64,000 bases of DNA from Lama guanicoe. Its lineage: Eukaryota. The position numbers were made by a program, and so were the translations under genes. Below, piece by piece: positions 1 to 13,570 of the stretch (position 1 is the first letter of the stretch; each line of letters starts with the position of its first letter). The stretch lies in the NCBI GenBank assembly GCA_013239625.1, contig MU054187.1, positions 3,979,757 through 4,043,756 on the forward strand. Reading direction: 5' to 3'. The notes beneath the pieces were generated by a model. That model worked only from the letters and a program-made list of their open reading frames with translations. It did no database searches and was not told the DNA's origin.

Positions 1-3000
1 ACAAAAGCAGCTTTCCTGTCTGGCTGGAGGCCTGGGGGCGAGGCCCGAGCCAACGGGGTCCGGCAGCAGCTCTGCTACGACTGATCCCCTGGTATCCTGT
101 CTGGCTGCCAGCGTGGAAACTGCCTCACTTTCCAGGCAGCCCCCATGGCTGCCGTCCTCTGCAACCCAATTCTTTTAAAAGCTGAGGGCCAAGTCCCACA
201 GAGCTGGAGCCAGGAAATCCTGGCCACCTAAGCTTTTGAGAGTCAAGGAGTCAAAGAACCAAACAATGTTGGCTTGTGGTGGCTCGCTTGGATCTGAGCC
301 CCCTTAGAAGGTTTCCTGTAAATGGCCTGAATATGTATTTTGTTTCTCACTGCAATAACATTTCAGCACATTGCCTCTGTTCAGAGCGCTCCGAAGCAGG
401 CAGTAATTATGGGCAGTGGAAGTGATCGCTGCACCTACACTTTTGTAAATCTGGCTCCCTGTGGTGGAATGTTTTTAACACCCCGAAAAGGAGAGGATGT
501 ACTTTTCTGGCATTTGTATTAACCTGAGGCTTTAAGGGACTGTCACAAAATACGACTCTGGACAAATGGGAACAGTGTGACAGAAAAGTCCAAAGTTTCC
601 CTTGAATTCTATATACTGGTCCCTGGTTATGAGATTACAGGCAGTTTCAGGTGCTTTTTACCTTTTTGATGGATTAAATCTGAATGAAAGGGAAAAGAAA
701 GCTATTAGGTATTTTAGAAGTAAATTCTCACATATATTACAATGTATCTTGTATTAGCTCAGATTGTGTAAAAAGGGGAAAACATCCTGCACGTCACTTA
801 CTATATTTAGGGGTAGCATTTCCTCTCCAAAATAAGAACATAATCAATTTCAAAGCAAAAATTGCAGTGAGAGAGGACTATTCACCACGGGGAGACTTTC
901 AATCGTGTCATATACCAGCAACATCAATTCTTTTTCTTCCTGTTTATTTTTCATGATAACCTTTATAAATTTGTCAGTCTTCACCGTACTTTGTTTAAAG
1001 AGGCTTTACTGATTCTGAATCTGTCTTCTCTTATTTATAAAAAAAAAATCAATACAAATTTAGATATTCATTGTAACCAGGACAGTCCATACATGTCAAA
1101 AACAGAGAACTGCAACTTTCTTGAAGGAAGTAGAGGAAACTGTTCTAAAGGGGAGTCAGAGGGGTGCTGTTTAAATAAACCCAGCTTTCAACGTGTTACA
1201 TGAAAACAGGGTGGAGATTATACGTGGAGTGTATTAAGCGTTGCCTGTTGTGAGTTTAGCCGCGGGGATAGAGGTGAGCTGACATTGCAGAGGTGTGTGA
1301 GATTCACTTTACTGGGTACCTAGATCTTCCCTCTTCCCTTAGTGCACATCAGCTGCTGTAAGAGCGAGTCTCTGTTCTCTGAGCACACACCCATCAGCGT
1401 GCCGTGGGTGTGTCAGCTCGGAGCCTGTCAGTGAGGACACAAGGAGAGCCCGAGTCTTACACGGTCGCTTGCAGCGCGGTTTGTCCGCTTGCTGATGATT
1501 GCACCGCGATTCTTGATGGATCTGATGCCGGGTGATCAAACAGCTCAGGTGCGTTAGACTCCAGGACTACCCTGAGTGCGGGAATGACCCGTGTCCCAGG
1601 TCAGACAACAGCTTCTCATTTCTCAGTGTATTTGCCAGACTGTGAGGTCTTGCCCATGGTGTAGAGGAGTGACTTGTATTGGAGAGGCAAATGCACACAC
1701 ACTTCTATACCCAGGACAGCCATGGCTCCCCAGGCACAGAGACCTCTCTTCTGAGTCCAGATACAGCTTCAGAATCATTCTCAACACAGCGCCCTAGGCA
1801 GCCACTGCCGATCGTCTGAAACAGGCACGTCAGATGTCCTCACTCCCCCGACCTAGCGCAGGTGTGCTCCCAGAGTTCTGACGGAGGCCCCAACGGGCAA
1901 GGTGAGCGCGCTGATGGCGGGGAGGGAGGGCGTGCAGACAGCCCTCCCATCAGGGGAGCCTCAGGTGACAAGACAGCAGCAGCTACAGGCTGTCAAATGA
2001 CTGGCTTAGGTCTTCTGGCTTTGGGAGTAAATTTTTGGATTTAAGAGTAAGTTTTATGGTGTGTGTGTGTGACGTGCCAGAGGGCTCCATTCTTTTCTGA
2101 TATTTTAACTACATAGTTGACTCTAGACAGAAAAGGCATGCTGAACAGTAACAGGGAGAGGGACAGCAGAAAGAGCGTCACTTGTTAACCACTGAACAGC
2201 TGCTTGTAGTGGGCACAGGAGACACTTTATACACATGAGCTCTGATCCACTCGTCAGCCCTGCAAAGCGGGCTCAGAGCAGACGAGAAATTAAGCACAAT
2301 CAAGCGAGGAGAAAGCAGGGGGCCTGCAGACCCGGTTTTGTGTGAGCCCCGAATCTGTGTTCTTTCCATCCCATCATGCTGATTTTTGCACTTGCAAATA
2401 GCACAACCCGAGAAGGAACAGCTGATGTGGATGACAACCAACATGCAAGGTGATGTATCAGCTACAGTCATGGTTCTGAACTAGGGTTAAGTTGAACAAC
2501 AGTCAGTTTTAAAACTGTGTAGCATTCCTCTGTGGTTGGGGGAGCATATACATGTGGCTTGACAGTCCTTCAGTTGAAAAAGACTTGAAAATCTCATTTT
2601 TCTAAGCTAAAAGGGTGTCATTTATCTTAGGTTTGACCACTAGACAGAAGATGCCCAGATTCAAGGAGGCGCGATTCCAAATGGAGTCGGTGGGGAAATG
2701 AGGAGAAGACGTAGGTAAAAGGACTAACAGAGACAGGCCTCTGTCAGGGCAATCCTTTTTTATTTTTATTTTTCAGTGGAAAAGGGAGAAATTGATTTTC
2801 TGTTAACTAAAAATATTTATATGTCTTTATGTTTACAATGGGTGATTCACTTCTTGAACTGAACATTCCTTCATACTTTATTTGAAGTTTCCTTTCATTT
2901 CTGTGTTTTCCCTGTCACTGGAACTAGAGGGTGTTCCCCAGACACAGCAAGGATGGAGGCAGCTTACACGGATGTGTTAGACAGCACTGTTCGGAACATA

Positions 3001-6000
3001 CATGTGTACCTTTTTGATCTTGCATATCTGCAAAGCATGTTATCTTTGTCTCTTCAGTTCTTTGGTTATTTTCCTGAACTAAATGCCTTCTTGAAAAGCT
3101 TATTTGAGGCGTTAGATTTAAGTGACTGTGCGTAAGGTGATTTCCCACGCGCTCTCTGGCTGCGGGATGCGACCTCAGTGTTGGCTGGTTTCAGGTGATT
3201 GCCAGGTGGCTGGTCTCAGGGAGGAGGATGGGCAATTTGGCCTTCCTGGTCCTGTTGGAAGACCTTGCACTGGAGTGTTTCTGTTTTTCTATTCAAGTTT
3301 AGTGTCCGAGACAGTCTTGCGTCGTACAGGTGTATAAGGAGCCACGACAGAGCCCTGGTTAACTGGGACCATATTCGTTCCGTCCCGTGATACTTTATTA
3401 TCCCCTTGATATTTTAATGTCCCTTATGGACCAGCTGACTGCCAACTAGTCACGCTTAATCCTGCTCTGAATGCAAAGAGGTCAACTGCATTTTGGAATC
3501 TTGTCTATTGAAACCTTTACTTTTATGACTTTAAGCACAGAAATCCTCCCCTCCTCATTATTCAGAATTCAGAGCTAATTTGAAAGGGAAATAAGGGAAT
3601 GAAATGGAAACTCAAATATAAGAGCTGCACAGACAGCTTGTGTTACACTGACGGGGACGTGAAGTTTGGCACCGTCACCAAACGTACCTTCCTTACCCCC
3701 CAGAATGGAGAGGAAAGTCTTGAATAGAGTATGCTTTTATCGTATTTGAAGGTATTTCCCAGTTCTTGGGGAAGGCTTAAGCAGGTGCCCCAGTCTTAGG
3801 GACCGCTTTGGCTGGCGGTTTCCCACATTCCTGTGAAGTCACACATACAGCTTTCCGCACTTTGCGGAATTTCACGTGGGGCTCACGGAGCCTGGGTGAA
3901 GCTGTGTAACTCATCTTGGTGAACTACGCTGGGGAGACAGAGGAAGACAAGAGTAAGTCGTGTTCTCAAAAGTAGCCGCTGAGTTTCAATAGCATCACAC
4001 AAATGTTCATACTAGCTTGTTTTCTTATAATTTTTATTATTGAAGTTCCATTCCCTCTTGGCCACTAAGGGTGACATCAGAGGTGTCACTAGATCTCATC
4101 CTCTTTATGGAAACATGACAGAGAATAAATAATATTAAAAATTTTTTAAAGGATCCTGCAAACCTTGTTGCCCCAGGGCTTACCCTCTGTGAAGCACAGG
4201 GGTTAATATTTTAACATAAGGGTGACAAAGCCCACTTTTCTCAGCTTTGTCAAATCACATTTGTGCTTGTGTTCGGAAAAGGCCATTTGCTGATGAGGAA
4301 AGTTTTGTCAAAAATGAATTTTCCAAGTTGCTTTTGCAAATCAAAAGCCAGGCTTGGATGACATGGACCAGAGAATTCTCAGTAGGTACACAGGAGTCTC
4401 TGATACATGTGACAGCTTGGCTGTGAGATCTGATCCTGCAGGACAGGGTGAAAATATGAGGCAGAGAGAAGAGGAGTCCCTAACCCCCAGCTTCCCGCCC
4501 CAGACGTCCCAGGGGAGGGGACGAAGGTGGGAGAGGCACCAGAGCAGACCGTGTCAGCACTCCGGACAGAGGAGCCGCCCGAGGCGGGTTTAAAGGGACT
4601 CAGAACTGAGGACTCGGGACTGAGGACTCGGGGGTGGCCGCGGCAAGGTCAGTAAAGTCAGAGAGAGACATAGTACTTGTAAGCCAGAGAGCGCCTCCCT
4701 GAGTTTCCAGGGGCAGGTCTGGCAGCTGCAGCTTATCCTGAGTGCACAAAGGAAACGGGGAAGGAGAGAGCAGGCAGGCGGCCAAGGGCCTGCTGGGTGT
4801 GGCTGGCCGTGGGGACGCAGCGGAGGCGGTGGGGTGGCAGCCCAGGCCAGGGTTGGGCGGGGACCTGGCAGAGTGGGAGGGACCTACAACCCTTGCGGTG
4901 CAGGGAGTGCCCAGTCCAGAGGCTGAAAGGCTCCTGCTGGGGTCTGAGAACCTGCTTGTTCCCTCCTTCACACGGTGACGTGCATCACACACCTCTGTGC
5001 ACACGCAGACTAGCGCAGAAAGAGGTGAGCGCGGGGAGTGGGGCAGATCTCAGACGTGGAATATTTTGCCTGGAGAAACTTTATTGTTTAATGTGTCAGG
5101 TCCCAGTTTAGGAGGAAGACTGGGGTAGTCATAGGCAAATAAATGAGCTGCTTTTTTTTTTTTTTTGGACATCTGACTCTGATTTAGCAAACTTGGGGCC
5201 CAATATTTTTTTAAAAAAAAAGAACTGGCCAGAGGTCTGTCTTCTGTTTATTTTCAAGGTCTGACTTGGCCCTCCTGATGTGGGGCAGGGGGGCTGCAAG
5301 CAAACAGAGGGGGAGACAGCTCATCAGCAGCGGCTCTGCCGCCCGCGAACCTTTGGGGTTTACACTGCATATCTGAGTGTGTGCATTTGGGCACAGAGAG
5401 AGGCCATGACTTGCGGCAGATTATCAAGAGTCTATAAGACAAACCCAGTTAAGAACTATTTTCCCAGCACACTCATCCCTTCACCCCAGGCTAAGCCCAG
5501 CTGTCTCTGACCCTGTAAGGTCCTGTCATGCGACGGCTCTAAACTGGAGCCAAGAACAGACCTGACTCATGAGAAGAAGGGGTGACGCTTAGCTGACCTG
5601 TAGAGGCCTCTTGAGAGCACGATCGTGGAGTGACTGCAGACGCCCCAGACGTCTCAGGCGGCAGCGGAACACCTGGCCTCACCCTGAGCTCGCTGGCCAG
5701 TGCCGAGTCGGAACTGGACATCTCGGGCGGAACTCGTGGTCCCAGGGTGATCTCAGGAATCATGGAACTGGGTAACTGTGGGGAATTGCTAATTCCGAAT
5801 GTCATGGAGACGTAAATAAAGGTAGTGAGGTATAGGCTTGAGTGTTTTCACTCAAGACACTGGCTTTCTTGCTCTAGAAACGAGTGGCACTGAGACAGGC
5901 AGTCGGCAGCCGTCTGTGTGTTAGGTTGCGAGGACTTCGCACACGGTCTAGAGGTTGTGGCGTTCTCTCCAATTTTCCTACCCGTGCTTTCCAGGTCCCC

Positions 6001-6084
6001 GGTCTGGGGATAGAAGTCCTAATAGCCACTGACGAGCGTTTCTTTGATTCCACTCCCGTCCGCTCTGCAGGGACTTTGGCAAAG

Positions 6085-6722
6085 TTAGTTGGAAAGCTGC
6101 AAGATTTGTCTCCCAATGAGCCGTGCCTGCCGGTGGTCACACCCCGGGTGGTGCCCAGCCCACGGTGAACCTGAATGGGCCTGTGGCTCATTTTAGCCCA
6201 CAGGATGTGGGGGAAGCGGCGCTGTGCCAGTTCCACACCTGAGCCCTGAGAGGGTGTAGCGACTTCCACATTTGCTTTTTGGGGACCCGTGAGCTGCAGC
6301 ATAAGAAGTCCAGCTGTGGTGCTGGAGCAATGCAGGGAGGCCACTGGGAGGGCATCTGTGAAGGAGAGGCCCTGGGACTTGCATGGAGAAGGCGAGTGCT
6401 CCAGCCAGCCCAGCAGCCCAGCTGAGCTCAGCTCGCCGGCACCCCTGCCTGATCCCCAGACGTGTGTGTGAAACCGCCAGGGCTGTTATCGGAGTGCAGC
6501 TGCATGGGACTCCCCAGCACAGAAGTACGAGAGAGAGAGAAGTGAGTGTGTTTTAGGTCACTAAGCTGTATGTGTTTTGCTGCTCATCAGTCAATAACTA
6601 AAATGGACCCGTCTAGCTGGGTCCCCAGCAGCCCAGAGAATCAGCAAAAGCAGTCAAATGCTCTTTGTTTAAGCTATCAAATTTTAGGATGGTTTGTTAT
6701 AGAGTAATAGCTAAACTGAACT
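6085..6722 (+). mobile_element. MaLR LTR (MLT1F/G/H-like), with two MLT1-type 3' termini
   Basis: MLT1-type body (ctgtgccagttcc...gagccctgagagg...ccagccagcccagc) and two 3'-end motifs: ttttaggtcactaagc...aataactaaaa (~6550-6603) and tgtttaagctatcaaattttaggatggtttgttatagagtaatagctaa (~6666-6720). Subfamily from memory. Confidence 0.65.
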
Positions 6723-6759
6723 GAAATCAAGGCTGGTTGGCTTCCTTTGCTAACGGGCT

Positions 6760-7460
6760 TAAGACACATCAGTGAACAAAACAGGTGAAGGTTTCTACCC
6801 TGAGAGAGTTTCTGTGTAAGCAGAGAAAAGACAGACAATAAAGAACTGGCTAAATAAATGAGGGCGTTATCTCATATGTTAGAAGGTCATGAGCGCTGCA
6901 AGTAATAGAAAAATGGAGCAGTGCAAGGGGATCGAGAATACGGGGTGGTGGGGGGCAGCTGGTGATTTATAAAGTGGTCAAGGTTGGCCTCATCTCAAAG
7001 ATGATCACCTTGGGGGAGGCGAGGAAAGACAAGGAAACAGTTTGGAGAAAGAGGAGGAGACAGGGGACAGGGGACAGCCCCAGAAGAGTTTAAGACAAGA
7101 GGCTGCCTCGCTAATTTTTGGCCCTTGGACGTTGTTGCCAAAAGTGGAGGAGGGATTTGATCTGATTCAAATCTTAAGACACGTTCTCTGGCTGCTCTGT
7201 TGAGAAATAAAGGTAAAAGGGCAAGAATGGAAGACATTCAGGAAGTTACTACGTTAATCCAAGCCAGGGGTGTTAATGGCTAGTGCTGGAGTGACAGCTC
7301 TGGAGGCAAAAGCGGGTGGTTGGATCCCATACAGATTTTGGAGGTAGAGCTGGTTGCATTTCATGAGAGATTCCTGAGGGGCTGGATGTGGTGACATGGG
7401 GAAAAAAGGACTCAAGAATGACTTCAAATGTTTTAACCTGAGATAAAGGGTGGAGTTCAG
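6760..7460 (-). mobile_element. L2 LINE fragment
   Basis: Typical antisense L2 phrases: agtgaacaaaacag, gtggtcaagg...ggcctc, tctctggctgctctgttgagaa, attttggaggtagagc, ctcaagaatgacttc. Confidence 0.75.
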
Positions 7461-8344
7461 CTAAAAGATGAGCTAGAAATGGGAGCTCTCACCAACCGCA
7501 GTAGGACTCCATATTCATGATTATGGCCACCAGCAAAACCTCAGCCTATTTGCTGAACTTCAGATTTAGCTCTGGCCCAACAAAAACGGTTTAGAATTAT
7601 GGCAGGTTCAATGCAGAATTATGCATTTGGAGGGAAAAGGTTTTGATGGTGCTGTTCTTGCTATGAGCAGCCCCATTTTGTTGTGCCATCATCTGTCACC
7701 CAGCTGCCTGGGGTTCAGTGCTGACTGTCACAGCAGTCTTTCAGGGGCAATTCTTGAGCGTGAGGTTCTCAGTTAGAGGAAAACTGAACTTGAACTGATT
7801 TTCAGTTGAGTACCTAGCAATAAACTGTGGAAGTCTCTGCATGTCGCAGCTAATCGAAAAGCAACAGTATGAGCAAAGGTAATACCAGTTCTTGAATTTA
7901 TGATGCCATATTCTGATTTCAGGAGGTAAAGTTGCATTTGATTCTGTCTGGATAAGAAAGCAGTGCTCTGGGAGTGGGTATAATTATGGAAGTGTTTCAG
8001 GAAGGGACAAGGCAATTTAATTCCTTAGTTGTTGTTCCCCAAGCCACCAAGAAAATGATAATGCATTTTACCAGCAGTGTAGAGTTTGGTACATTATGGT
8101 TCTCAGTTTTCATTTCTGTTTAAAATGTACTTGCAATTGGTTTTCTCTCTTAGACCAAAAAGTTCCTTCTGACAACTCACAGGGAGTTTTCCAGAATTTT
8201 CTGCATGGCTTGTCCAGTCCTTGGTCAGTTTTTTAATATCTCTAGATACCAAAAAGTCTATTTTTGAAGACAACATATACAAAAATGCTCTGCAGGAAAA
8301 CAAAGATATTCTTATAAAAAGTATAAATAATTGTTCAATAAGTT

Positions 8345-8700
8345 ATGATGTATTTATTCATTTGACACACACACAGACACTGACTACTTAATATAAATAC
8401 ATATTGTGCTTAGCTCTGAGGATATCCTCAATCAGCTAATAAATAAAATTGCAATCAGTGCGGTTTGACAAATCCAGTAATAAAAGAACGGCACAATGGT
8501 CACACAGAGTAAGGCGTGATCAGGTGTTTCTGGGGGGTTGGGGAAAGTGATGACTGAGGTGGGTCTTCCGTGAAGAATTAGGGCTTTCCATGCATGTGTG
8601 CTGGGAGAGGGCACGTGGAGTAAGCACGTGCCGACAGGATAGATGGGAGGCCTGGTTTATGCAAAGAACTGAGAAGATAGTATATAATTGAAGGAAAATA
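8345..8700 (-). mobile_element. L2 3' fragment
   Basis: tatttattcatttgac...tgactactt...ttgtgcttagctctgaggata resembles the antisense L2 3' end; highly diverged. Confidence 0.5.
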
Positions 8701-8725
8701 AGAAAAGTTCCTAAAACATGAAGAG

Positions 8726-9522
8726 TATTGTGGGTTGAAATGTGTCCCCTAAAAACTCATATTTTGAAGCCTTAACTCCAGAACCTCAGAAGGTGGCCTT
8801 ATTTGGAAACAGCCACTGCAGATGTGATCAGCTGAGATGGAGCCTTTAGCGTGGGCCCTGATCCCTTATGACTGGTATCCTCATGGAGAAGGGAATTTTG
8901 GCCATAAAGACAGACACACACACACATGGAGAACATTCAGGAAGCCACAGCAGAATGGCATAGACTGGACACTTGGGAACAGCTGCAATGTGTTCCTCGT
9001 GGTTCTGAAGCCGGAGAAGTCAAGACAAAGGAGCCGGCGGGTTGGGTATCAAGTGAGGGCCAGCTTCCTGGTTCACGATGACTGTCTTCTCACTGACTGC
9101 CCACACGGTGGAAAGGAGTGGGGAGCTCTCTGGTGTCTCCTTTATAAGGACACCAGTCCTGTCTATGAGGGCTCCACCCTCATAACCTATGTAATCACCT
9201 CCCAAGGGCCCCACCTCCGAATACCACCACGTTGGGAATTAGGTTTCAGCATATGAATTTTGGGGACACACAAACATTCGATCTATATAGCACCATGGGA
9301 AGACTGGAGGTTCACTGCCACAAGCTGGTTAAGTGCTCGGAGCTCCCCACTTCAAGAGGGTCAGCTGGGACAGAGCCTCCCTTGCACAGTCAGAGGAGCA
9401 CGGTCCTGCCGGCACCTTGACTGCAGACTTCTGGCCTGCAGACTGTGAGGCAGTAAGTTTCTGTTCTTCTAAGTCACCCAGTTTGTGGCTCTTTGTTTTA
9501 GCAGCTCTAGTGATTAATTTAA
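8726..9522 (+). mobile_element. MLT1B-like MaLR solo LTR, split by a nested LTR
   Basis: 5' end tattgtgggttgaaatgtgtcccc...cttatttggaaa; resumes at 9293 and ends ttctgttcttctaagtcacccagtttgtggctctttgttttagcagc. Confidence 0.8.
8934..9292 (-). mobile_element. MLT1A0-like LTR nested antisense in the MLT1B-like LTR
   Basis: catagactgg...gagggctccaccctcataacc...aatcacctcccaagggccccacctcc...tatgaattttggggacacacaaacattcgatctatatagca is the reverse complement of an MLT1A-type LTR. Confidence 0.8.
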
Positions 9523-12049
9523 GGACATTTAAGTGTGTTGATTTAATCACCTGGACCACATCCTATAAAATTCCCTTTGAGAGTGACAAGGAAAAAAAAA
9601 TATATCCCTTTTGGAGGAGGATATTTAAATTCATAAAGCTTTCTCCAAAGAACTAATGGAATTTCAATATTTTTGCATTAAACCATAGTGTACCATCTTT
9701 CTTAATTCTACCAAATTGGCTTCAATATTTATGCATGCACAGAAGCACTGTCGCCCAGTTCCTCCTAATATATTTGCAGAATCTCATGCTTTCCTCTTCA
9801 GGCAGTGAAACAAAAAAGAATGAAAAAGGGAAACCCGCTTTACATATTTCTCTAAGGGTTTTGGAGGAGAAGAGGGTATCCTGGATGCATCCGTTTAATG
9901 GCAACACCATTAAAACAGGCGCCAGTAGGGGACGTCAGTCATAGTTACTTCATGAAGAATGAGGTTCCCAAAAGACGACTCTCTGCCAGTCTACCGAGGG
10001 TTACGTGATTAGGTACAAAGACCGAGACAAAGAAAAAGAAATGAACGGTTTTCACTTAGGTAAGGCAAGACTCCAGCACACGGGTCACCCGTATCCATCA
10101 CTAAAATGCCTGTTTTAACTATTCATGCTTCCCAAAAAGGCATATGATTAGTACGATGAAAGATTTTATCAAGAGCTCAAAATGGGATTCAGTTGTCTCT
10201 CAAGAACATTCAGAGACTAAAGGGAGAATCTGATTATGAACATCATTTAAAATGGAAAAATTGTACTGAAAGATGACTGACAGTGCATTCTTCTGTGATA
10301 GGACAGACATCCGCGGGCACACCGCATGTCATGGCTTGTGAATAACCACATCCCTAGACCCCCTTTTGCTTATAGTTTCAGACAAAGTAAGAGATTCTTT
10401 TACTGGAACTGAAGACAAAAGTAATATCCAGGCAACTTTTAATTCCCACGCCTTGTTTTTCACCTTTGGAAAATATGGTGAATTGTTACTACGAAAGGAT
10501 GAACCTGCATGTTTATTTGACAGAATGATGTGTATACAAAGGGTATCTTTTCTCATACACAGACTTGGGACAGTCTTCATGGTGACTGTGCAAAGTAGGA
10601 CATCAGACCTCCCCTTGTGGCATTTTATTTTGATGGACAAAGGGAGAAAGGACTAGGGACTGTGTCCTCATCTGACACAGTCACACAGCCCGCGCACAGC
10701 TCCTGCAGGCACTTTTTCGTGATGGCCCGGATCGAGTCTGATCCCACTGCCATCAGAGACGGCTTCCTTCATTTTTTGTTTTATATCCCGTGTATATCAG
10801 TGTGCCTTTCATGTGGTTAGAGCTTGCTAATGAATGATAATAATAATAATACTAATACTATTGCAATAATAATACGTAAGTTCCCCAAAAGCTCTGGGCC
10901 TTTTCTCGCATTGCAGCAATCCCGGTGCTCCGTAACCAGTTAGACACATACAGATAGAGAGAACTGCTTCCAGTACACAGCGTCCCATGGGTGTCGACCA
11001 CAGTCAGCCGCGTGGCCACACCAAGTCATTTTACCCGTCGAGCCCTTGGTTTCGTCAGCTTTTGGGAGGACTGGACAAAGACACTGTAACTTCCCTAACA
11101 GCTTCTCACGGGTTGAAGACAACATTCTCTCAGTCTAGTTTGGACTTAGATTTGAGAGGATTTTAACCACTATGCCCCTTGTTCCTTATCTCCAGCCTCC
11201 ATTTTCCAAGAGTCTCCCAGCACTGGTTTACAGAATGTGATTTCTCTTTTTGCAGCATTTAGTTAAAAAACGTTGTGTTCCTTCCTAACTTAGGAGGAAA
11301 CACTTGAGGAGAGAGACTTGCCTTATTTGAGCTATGAGACCTGTGTTCAGCCTGTACCTTCTTCCTTAGGTAAAACGCGTTCCATCTGCTGCTTTTCAAG
11401 CTGTGGGGTATCTTCTTTCCTGTATGTCAAATTAATCGTTGTCCTTAAATGATGACCACCAAGAGAACATTTAACTTGTTTGGGTCAAGAACAGAGCATA
11501 TGTTTTGGAATAAACAAAGCATATGTTTTCTTCGGCATTCTGTTCTGCTGCAGGCTTGAACATGCTGATTACTGAGAGCCAGTAAGACAATAGATCGTCA
11601 CATCGTTTTAGGGACCTGCCACTGGGAATGGTTGTTCGGATTCTCATCCCACAAAGCACAGTTCCAATTAGCTGGCTGGCCTTCCATGCGGAAAGTTGAC
11701 ACACACACCAAGTATGGTTTCTGTTTGAAGTATATTCAGGTATGTGCATGCTGAATCAAAAGCGCTATAATGAAAACTAGCTAGTAGTTTGGCTTTTGTT
11801 AAATCCTATTGGATATATTCCTACCTGAAAGCTCTGCTACTGCTGACCTCTGTTCGTCGGAGCTTAAAGCCTCAGCTTTACCCATCCTCCCCGAGGAGAC
11901 TTCAAACCGCTGATCCCTACCTCGTGCCTGGGGAAGCGTGCGGATGCTTTTCTACCTTATTTTTGGCCTGAGAATGAACATATCTCATTGAAAGGATGTG
12001 AATAACAGAGAACTGTTAGAGATCAAAAAAGCAAGTCCTCTTTGGTGTC

Positions 12050-13570
12050 CGACTGCATTCTCATCCTCTCCCGCAGCACAACTTTGATGTGGAAACAGTC
12101 AACATATTCTTTAATTTACATTAAATACATACACACCCCTGACTTTTTTGTGTGTTTGTTTTCTCGTTCTAACTATGTGATTCACCTGGCACTGACTTTC
12201 TGCAACTTCTGTTTATTGCTTCCATATTTATGCCCTGGAAATCATCCCATGTCAGAAATGGACATCTATCTCATGGTTCTTGACCACTTTACAAGTGTTC
12301 TCTGGTATGAATGAGCAAACGTATCATAAAAAACATATTCATTTCCTTACTGATATAAATTTACCACTTTGCTATTAAAACACGCCGCCAGCTGTGCACG
12401 TGTATCTTTATATGCGTGCACATAATTGTTCTGCTGAACACATTCTTCCTTGTTTTTGGAAGACACAACCAAATTGCCTTTCAAAAGGCCTTACTAACTG
12501 ATGCTTTTATCAGTCATATATTAGAGTGTCTTTTTTCCCCCATTTCCTTGCCAACACTGGATATTATTAATCCCTTAAATGTTGCCAATCCAGTAAAGAA
12601 AAGTGCCACCTCACGTTTCAAGTTGCATTTGAGATTATTAGTGACATTGCTGATACGTTCATATGTTTACAGGGCATTTTAATTGTCTTTTTTGTGAACT
12701 ACTACACATACACATATGAAATAGTCTTCTAGTTCATTGACTTTTATTTTGTTCATGATGTCTTTTGAGATCTAATTAAAACTATCAGCTGCTTCTAAAC
12801 TGGGGAATATTTTTTGTCTTTGAGAAATTTTTCCTCCTAAATTACTCTTTAAAATCCTCTTATACTTTATAACAACTTACTAATTTATCTGGGTTTTATT
12901 TTGTGTGTATGGTATGACATAAATATCTAAATTTATTTTTCCCCAAAGCATGGCCAGTTGTTACTCATTTTTTTTTAAGTAGTTAGTCTTGTCTTCACCA
13001 ATTAAAAATAGCACATTTATCAAATATCCACATGCATATTTACATGAATCTATTTATTTACTTTGTATGTTCTTATTTTTAACTTTTTAAAATACTCTTT
13101 GCAATAGTCAAGGATTTTCTCTTCAGATAACTTTAAACTGAGCATATAAAATTCCACTAAGAAAATCCTGTGGGGATTTTGATTGTAATTTAGTAAGACT
13201 AATTTGAAATATGTTTATATATATTTTTTGAAAGATGTTTATATTTTTAAAAATTGAATAAAATGTGTAAGTTTTACATTACATATTAGTCTTTTACATA
13301 AATCTTTATATGATTCTTCATAAAGATCTTACTTTGTTTATTTATGAACTTATTCATAAGGTATTCCTAGGCATTTTATAGTTTTGTTTTTACTATTAAA
13401 AATGGATTTTTATTACATTTTTATGTTTATTACTACTGATGTAAGAAAAGTTATTGATTTATCTTAAATACTACCAACTTAGAAAAATTTTGTATTGATT
13501 TTAATAGGTTTTTAGGTTATTCTAGATAATGAGACTCATTATTTTTTTCCCAAGATGTATACCTTTTCCA
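12050..13570 (-). mobile_element. Ancient L1 (L1ME-like) 3' region
   Basis: AT-rich antisense L1 phrases: accaaattgcctttcaaaagg, ttgccaacactggatattattaa, tttatctgggttttattttgtgtgtatggtatga, aatcctgtggggattttgattg, tattcctaggcattttata. Confidence 0.7.

Noticed and set aside
9918..9937. CTCF-like motif gccagtaggggacgt
   Set aside because: Mismatch in the core GGC positions; too weak to call without data.
11612..11739. Plus-strand exon candidate (tttag|...CAG|gtatgt) with one open frame
   Set aside because: The polypyrimidine tract is weak and the peptide unrecognisable; expected by chance in 64 kb.
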